64,000 nucleotides of DNA, taken from Eledone cirrhosa. Its lineage: Eukaryota. The notes under the pieces are model-generated. The model was not told the origin of the DNA, made no database searches, and saw nothing but the letters and a program-made list of their open reading frames with translations. Made by a program: the position numbers and the translations under genes. The stretch lies in the NCBI GenBank assembly GCA_964016885.1, contig OZ024743.1, forward strand, positions 44,950,001-45,014,000, written 5' to 3'. This document shows, piece by piece, positions 56,155-64,000 of the stretch (position 1 is the first letter of the stretch; every line of letters begins with the position of its first letter).

Positions 56155-56791
56155 ATATTTTAAGTCATATATGTTAATGAGCTTTAATGTATACATGTAG
56201 TGTAATGTATTATAGTTTCGTATATTAATACAGTACTGTATTGTTGTTCAGGGTTGGTGCTGTTTTGTAACGATTTTCATGTTTCTAGTATATTTTCATG
56301 TATGACTCAACATGTCAACCTACACAGATGTTCGGGTGTGAAAATGAAAAATGTTTCGTTGATTCCTTTTCCAAGTAATAGAGTGGTGTTTATCTGTATG
56401 ACAGTTTATGGAGCTGGAAACATTACCGATCAAATATAGTTGCTAAGTCAACCCTCCGGCTTTCCACGTCACATCAGATTTCGACAGTATACTAACAAAA
56501 AGTGAAACTGATTAGCGTCCCCTAAAAATAGCAAACGTGTCACTTGTTTGTTTATCGTTACTGAATTCTTAGCCAAGGCCCCAGCCTTGTAAGTCATTTA
56601 TCGCCTCAGGGAATAAAATGAAATATATAGATATAGATTTCTTAATTTCGACGACGTTAATCTAAAGAGGTTTTTTTTCCTATTTACATCTAAAACTATT
56701 TTTGCTATTTATAGTTACGTACAATGCACACACTACAGACACCCATGGACACGCACACACACACACACACACACACATACGCACACACGCG

Positions 56792-56822
<31 letters not shown>

Positions 56823-56832
56823 ACACACACAT

Positions 56833-56917
<85 letters not shown>

Positions 56918-57744
56918 TTACATTACATTTATTTATCTATGTAGAGTTCAATTTGAAAATGTTGAAAGTTGCGTATTAAAGTTTCGAATAGATTTTCTTC
57001 TTTTTGTTAATGATATGTCTATAAAAGTCATTACAACCCACGATGGTGGTGATGTAAGCCCATTTAATAAAACAATTTCTATATTTGGCTGATATAGATA
57101 TTATATTTATAATTACCTATTCACACAGTGGGAGTTGGCTTACTACTATGTGATAACTTTTACTGACAACAGAATAAATGTGAGACTTTTTAAGTATTAT
57201 CCATACCAAATAAGTATTACTGAAAATCTTAGCTGCAAATTCCGATTAAGAATAATTTCCCATGTGGGTAGATCTCCTTACGTAATAATTTTATAATGAC
57301 CAAAGTTTCAAAGAAATTGATACAGTTGTGTCTAATATATGCACATGGGAACGTGTATGTGTTCATATATGTGTCCTTATGCGCACACGTACACTTGTGC
57401 GTGTTTTTTTCTGTATGTGTGTCTGTGAGTATGAGAAACAAACAATGCTTAATACATTATTGACATTTGTAAAATCTTTTTAAGAGTAATTTTGATAGTA
57501 GAACAGCATTGAGCATTAGACTTTGAGGTGGTACACGATCAATAACAATTTAAATTTATTAATAACTTCACAGAAGTATCTGTCAATAAACGACTGAAAG
57601 TCCTTACAGGTTGAAGATTGAATGATAAAGGTTTATTAAAGATGCGTTTAAAAATAAGTTCATTCTCTTCATATCTTTTTTCTATAATCTCTGTTGATAT
57701 AATCGAAGCAAAAGTATGTACCAGTAAAATAAATGTAATATATA

Positions 57745-57955
57745 ATTAATTAGTTAGTTGCTTAATTGGTTATTTAATTAGTTGGTTAGTTAATTAGTTA
57801 GTTTGTAAGTTACTTGGTTTGTTAATTAATTGGTTAGTTAATTAGTTAGTTAATCAATCATCCAGTTAGTTAGATAGTTAGTTAATTAGTAAGTTAGGTA
57901 GTTAATTAGTTAGGTAGTTAGTTAGGTGGGAGTTAGTTCGTTAGTTAGTTAGATA
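57745..57955. repeat. Degenerate (TTAG)n, continuing at 61632-61710 beyond the LINE
   Basis: Direct reading. Confidence 0.9.
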
Positions 57956-60900
57956 ACTTTCTTTTTATTTGCCACCAGGGCACCAAAAGGTAGGACAAGT
58001 ACAATGGGGGGAGTTTACATAAAAAGGCGTCTTCAATAAGGAGGAGGCAATAACAAGATATAAAAATAAAATAAAATGTAACAAAAATAAATTTAATAAC
58101 AAAATCCTCAATAGGGAGGAGGCGCCTTGGGGGATCGCACACACCCCCGAAAAAAAGTGTGCAACCCTTCTCCTCAGGAGCACAAAGAGGCGGTGCTCCC
58201 TTGACCTTTCATCTTCCTCACCTATAGTCTGATGTAGAGTGAAGGCCCATTCACACGGGCCATTCTCGCCACTTACACTCATCTTTCATAAAAACGGCTG
58301 GGGTGCAGCACCTCTCTCTAAATCCTCATCCTTCTTCCGAAATGATATCGGAAGAAACGGACCAGTTGTTGGCCAGAGAGAAAAGTGTCTGACCTCAGTC
58401 CTTTCAGACGCATCCACCATACAACCTCTTTCGCCATGGCTATTACGCACAGAAACACAGCCTCTCCTTCGTTTTTGAAGAGGGGAGGCGGCTTGATCGT
58501 TACAATAGACTCCGTGGTCAACCGGATCAGTCCCACCCTTGACAGCAGTTGTTCAACATAGCCTCACAGATCGGCAATGCCCGAGCAGTGTACCAATGCA
58601 TGTGCAACAGTTTCCTCGTCGCACACGCATCTGGGACAGATCTTTTTCGAGGGGTCCCTACCCGGGCGCCCCTGTCTGTAGAGCCTTTCTCGAACGGGCA
58701 GAGCCCCTCGGTAGTACTGCCAGGCCAGGGACCTCTGGAAGTTATCCATGGGTCCCGGGCTGAATGTCCTACAGAACAGGTTGGCCAGTTCGTCTTACAC
58801 CATGCCTAGGGCTTCTCTATAGAATGACGAGGTGGATTCTCCACTGACAGCCGGGTCGGCCTGCCAGAGAGCCGTGATCGCCTGGGCACACTCGGTGTGC
58901 CAGGCGCCCAGTTTTCTCGGTCTTTGCTTGACCCAGGATTGCAGCTCGGTGAGCGAGACGAGTCTGGGAAAGGCTCGCCTCACAAACGGGGCCCACACTG
59001 GTTAACCGGTGAGGAATAGCTGGAGCTGCCGTAGCCTTAATGCGTGTTTACGTATCATTAGCCACAGCATCCCCAGCCCTCCTTTCGAAGAGTGTTGACA
59101 GCAGATGGGTCTCCACACCATAGGAGCCCGCTTCTTCTGAAGGAATTGGAAGAGTGCGCGCTCCATTTTGGCGAGCGTTTCCCTTGGGCAAGGCACAACG
59201 GTCAGACGGTAGCAGATGACGGACGCTATATAAGTGTTCGCCACCTCCGCCCGACCTTTCAGGGACAGTTTGCACTCGGCCCTCTTCTGGGTCAGTGCAA
59301 ACACCCAGTTCGTTACCTCACCCCAGTTCTTCTCTACCTGGAGGTCTGATCCGAAGCAGACCCCGAGCAACTTAACCGGGCCCTCCGTCCAGCGCCCGAC
59401 GACGCCATCGGAGGGCACCGATCTTCCCCTCCGCGTGCCGAGTTGCAGACCGATCGACTTGTCCCGGTTCAGCTTAACCCTTGTAAACCTTTCGTACTCC
59501 TCCAGTAAGGTGCCGATCACCCCGATTTCCGAGGCCGTCGACACCATTACTGTTACGTCATTGGCGTAGGCCGACACCACTTTCCGCAATCCCGGTTCCA
59601 ACGGGATGCCCTGCAACAACTCCAACTTCCGCAGCAGTGGTTCTAGAGTCATTACATACAGAAGGGAGGAGAGAGGGTACCCTTGTCGGATGGACCGCGC
59701 GATTTCGAACGGCTCCGAGAGTTAGCCGTTCACCTTGACCCTAGAGCAGATGCGGCTGCTGTGCATGGCATTGATCCAGCCCCTGAAAACGGGTCCGAAC
59801 CCTGCCGCCGCTAGCACCGCATCCAGGTAACCATGGTCGACCCTATCGAACGCTGTAGATTGAACCAAGTTGATCAGGGCCCCACCAAAGCCGGGTTCGT
59901 ACGCAACCCTCTCTATGATGTATCGCATGAGGTGGAGGTTGTCGTGGATGGCCCTGGACGGGATAGCACATGTCCGCGCATCTCCCACCAGGTTGCCCAC
60001 GACAAGCACCAACCTCTTTGCTAGCACCTTGGCCAAAATCTGTAACTCTGTATTTAGCAGAGTTATGGGCCTGAAATTATTTATATCGTCGCCCTTGTTC
60101 TCGTCCTTCCTCACTAGCGTGACTACGCCCTTGGTCACACCACAGGGAATTCTCCCGTTCTGTTGCCAGTTGCAGTAGACCGCCTCGAGGAGATCGGGGA
60201 ACAAGTCCGGCATAGCTAGATATAGTTCGTATGGAAGACCATCGAGACCCGGGGATTTGCGTTTTCCGCATTGGCTCAGCACGTCCTCTATCTCAGCGGC
60301 TGAAATCGGCTCCTCGCAGGACATTGTCTCCCTGTCCGAGAGACGCGGCAGGCCGTCGAGGTATTGACCGAAGTCCACTTCCCCAACCGGATCCCCGCCC
60401 CTTCCGAACAATCTGGCAAAGTGCTTTTTAAAAACCTCGCACACCTGCTTAGGTTCAAGGATCACCCGACCATCCTGGTCTCGCAAAGATCGGATAGTGG
60501 ATCTACTCCCTCTTTTGGCTTCTGTCACGGGGGCCCAGCTAACAGCTTTGGTCCCCTCGTTTCCCAGAGCACGTAGTTTGCTTCGAACGATGCAGCCTTC
60601 GCGTTTCGCGTCGAAGAACTGGCCCAGGGCCGTTCTCGACTCTAGTACTCTGGCTACGTCGCCGCTTCTAATTGCCTCTTCTACACTATCTACCAACTCC
60701 CTTTCCTTCCTATTTCTATGTGAGGGTAACTCCTTGCTAAATTCTATAGAGTCTACTCTAATCTCTCTTTTGAGATATCCCTACCACCTGCTGTTGACGA
60801 TGGCGCTCATCAACCGCTCCTTAACTAAAGTGTTAATCCGGTCCCTGTAAGCCTTACTTTCCGGTAAGGACAAGTTGAGCTTCCAGTAACCGGGTCCCTG

Positions 60901-61630
60901 TCTAAGCGTTCTGTCAAGGTTGACCATGCAGATCACTAACTTGTGGTCTGAATAGCCAACCATGAGTATATTTGGATACTTACAAAGTCCTTATCCTTAT
61001 TTCTAACTAAGAACCTATCTAGATACGACCTAGATGATCCGCTGCGGTTTGCCCAGGTCCAGGTTGGCGCAGTTGGAAAATCTAGTCGATCTCTATCGGC
61101 CAGGTCAAATCGACCGATTAACCCTTTGAGGCTGTTACACCCCTCTCTATCGGGACAGGCCCATACGTAGTCCCAACGTGCATCTAGGATACCATTCCAG
61201 TCCCCCACTAATAGCAAGGAGCGGGACGTCCCTAGAAAAGTCTCCAGACGATGGAAGAAGTCCGGCCGCGTTGACCCGAAAGGGCCGTAGACGGCTACCA
61301 GCCTAAATGCTCCGCCTTCACCACTGCCAAGGTCCAGAACCAGTAGTCGACCCTCCGGGTCCAAATGTACCGTCTGTGTTGCGAGACCCAGATGTTTTTG
61401 CAGCAGAACGACAACCCCACCCCCACCACCGGGCTGACAGAGAGATGCATTTAGAAGCATTGCTTGCTTCCAAGTTGAGCCCATGCCACGCGCATTTAGA
61501 CAGCCTACTCTTAGCATAGCCATGTTGGTGGTGAAGAGAAAAGGCACTTACCTCTCTGCGCCCTGGGTATCGGGCTGCACAATTTCCATGAGGGTGGGGG
61601 ATGGGTTGCTGGGTGGGGTGGTGGTTTATA
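57956..61630 (-). mobile_element. L1/Tx1-type LINE, whole ORF2 region plus ORF1 tail, 5'-truncated, inserted in (TTAG)n
   Basis: VGCLNARG, SYLDRFLV, KSPGLDGLP, NFRPITLLN, AFDRVDH, AYANDV (catalytic D mutated), CPRC..DEETVAHALVHC; closely related to 42884-48530. Confidence 0.92.
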
Positions 61631-61875
61631 CTTAGATAGTTGGTTAGTCAGTCAATTAGTTAGTTAGTTAGATAGTTAGTTAATTAATTAAATAATTAGT
61701 TAATTAGTTTGGCGATTTTTTTCTAATTTTCTGTCCAGCAATGTTGTCTCCATTTCAAAGTTCCTGAATATATCCCAGTCCTGTATCCCACATCTGGTCA
61801 ACACTCTTTATGTCATAATGTCCACCATACTTCTATGTTCAACTTTCCTGTCTTATGCCCACCATACTTCTATGT

Positions 61876-62134
61876 AGTGAAGGCGCATGACTTAGTGGTT
61901 AGAGTATTGGGCTTGCAATCGAAAGGTTGTGAGTTCAATTCTCAAACCGGGTGATGTGTTGTTTCCTTGAGCATGACACTTTATTTCACGTGGCTCCAGT
62001 TTACTCAGCTGTAGAAATGAGATGATAGGACTGGGGTCCCTATCATTAAATCACCCGAGACACCTCCAACGAGATATACATTGGAGGAGGCCAGCTAAAC
62101 CTGCATAGATGTGAGCTGTCACACACACGCACAC
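61876..62134 (+). mobile_element. tRNA-derived SINE family B with (CA)n tail and 10-bp TSD
   Basis: TGACTTAGTGG A box, GAGTTCAATTC B box, TCCTTGAGCA.GACACT central motif; ACTTCTATGT at 61866 and 62135. Confidence 0.8.
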
Positions 62135-62526
62135 ACTTCTATGTTCAACTTTCCTGTCTTCAGTTCCTAGATAGATTCCAGTCCAGTATCCATAATGTCC
62201 ATCATACTTCTATGTTCAACTTTCCTGTTTTCAGTTCCTAGATAGATTCCAAGCCAATATTTTTATTCGCGTTCTCAGTGTATCTGACATTACGTTCACC
62301 ACTTATCCCTGTCCATTATTGGTATTCCGTTCCTTGATAGGTTTCAGCCCAATATCCTGACAAGACGTCCACCACGATTTCCCACTCAATGTCATGGATC
62401 AGCTATGATCAGCTCCGATGTTCCCTTTTCCGGATGTGCTACACAACGTCCTGATTGACAGAGTAGACATACTATGATATTTTCTCTTATCCTGGAAAGT
62501 TTTGCATTGAGGCATTTGTTTGTTAA

Positions 62527-62685
62527 TATCATCATCATCATCATTTTACGTCCACTTTTCCCTGCTTGCAAGGGTGGAACGGGTCCTATTCAGCATCTCT
62601 CCATTCGTCACGGTTCTTTGTCATCTCCTCCGTGAGCTTCAGCTAACTGTCAGCTCTCACCACCTCCGCCCATGTTTTTTGTGGG
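62527..62685 (-). mobile_element. RTE-type LINE 3' end with (GAT)n tail
   Basis: KTWAEVVRAD...LTEEMTKNRDEWRDA followed by the (GAT)n tail. Confidence 0.65.
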
Positions 62686-63324
62686 TATATAATATATAAC
62701 ATCCATCCATAGGCACTGAACTCTTAATGGAGTCATAGCAATTTATACCGAGGAGAGCCCATCCATATCTATGTCAGAACACAACCGATTTCTCCGAGAG
62801 AATGAAGGCATGGGGACGAGAAGGAATCAAGAGGATTTGATCTCAGAACGGAGAAAGTCGGCACGAATACTGTAAAGCATTCTACCTGGTTTTCTCACGA
62901 CTCTACCGACTCACTGCCTTATATATAATATATAAAACAGTAAAGTAGTGTGATTGATTCAGTCGTCTGCCCCATTGCTTACAAATATTGGATTTGTGCC
63001 AATCAAAATATCAAATGTAATGATTTATTTTAAATTTGTTCATATATATTTTTTTTTTCCATCTAATAGTGATATGATTAGATTCGAGAAAGATATGCGT
63101 CAGTCGCTAGCGTTGTTGTTCTTTTTGTTGTTGTTTTTATGTCTGGCTGCTTTAAGTAAATATATTGAAATATATTGCAAGATTTCATTTATAGATTACT
63201 TCCCAGTCAATAGTTCCCGGTCTCCGCCAACGCAGAGACAGATCTTAGCCAATTCACATTTGGCAGTATTTATTTTAAAATTACAAAAACCTTAAAGTTA
63301 CTATAATGTTCAGTGTTTCACTAT

Positions 63325-63567
63325 ATGTTGTTGCTGTAGTTGTTATTGTTGTTCTTACTGTTGTTGTTACTGTTGTTGTTATTGTTGTTGTTGTTGCTGT
63401 TCTTGTTATTGCTGCTGCTTTTGTTGTTGCTGTTGTTGTTGTTCTTGTTGCTGCTGTTGCTGTTGTTGTTGTTGTTGTTGTTGTTGTTTTTGTTTTTGCT
63501 GTTGTTGCTGTTGTTGTTGTTGTTGTTTTTTTTGTTGTTGTTGCTGTTGCTGTTGTTGTTGCTAGCG

Positions 63568-63600
<33 letters not shown>

Positions 63601-63866
63601 TCTGTTGTTGCTGGTGTTGTTGTTGTTGTTGTTGCTGTTGTTGTTGCTAGCGGTGTTGTTGTTTTTGTTGTTGTTGTCGTTGCTGTTGCTGTTGTTGTTA
63701 CTAGCGTTGTTGTTGTTGTTGTTGTTGTTGTTGCTGTTGTTGTTGTCGTTGTTGCTGTTGTTGCTGTTATTATTGTTGTTGTTGTTGCTGTTGTTGTTCC
63801 TGTTGTATGTGTTGCTGTTATTGTTGTTGTCGTTGTTGTTGTTGATGTTGTTGTTGCTAGCGTTGC

Positions 63867-63914
<48 letters not shown>

Positions 63915-64000
63915 CTTTGTTGTTGTTGTTTTGCTGTTGGTGTTGTTACTGTTGTTACTGTGGTTGTTGTTCTTGATGTTGCTGCTGCGGTTGTTGTTGC
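63325..64000. repeat. Degenerate (GTT)n/(GCT)n microsatellite
   Basis: Direct reading; source of the spurious poly-V/L/C ORFs. Confidence 0.95.

Noticed and set aside
57745-57955. Telomeric repeat
   Set aside because: The unit is mostly TTAG/TTAA, not TTAGGG or TTAGG.
63306-63976. Hydrophobic poly-V/poly-L ORFs
   Set aside because: Translation of (GTT)n.

Overview
Repeat-dominated eukaryotic DNA, most likely an octopod cephalopod. That call is an inference from the SINE and RTE families and the very high (TA)n/(CA)n content. No host protein-coding gene could be supported. The window is a nest of decayed retroelements: two R4/Dong-type RLE LINEs, five L1/Tx1-type LINE copies, RTE and CRE fragments, several Penelope-like elements (PLEs, including Naiad-type GIY-YIG elements) with inverted termini, two tandem non-autonomous Helitrons and many tRNA-derived SINEs. 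The most striking signal is a high density of type I hammerhead ribozyme (HHR) motifs, read by eye from core nucleotides and stem pairing. About a dozen loci from roughly ten apparently unrelated sequence families are present. Most sit in short non-coding units (316, 530, 549 and 723 bp partial tandems, or foldbacks) inserted in (TA)n microsatellites next to coding PLE remnants with the same motif. This looks like a diverse retrozyme-like, non-autonomous PLE system. All family assignments come from motif recognition, not database searches, and ribozyme activity is predicted only.
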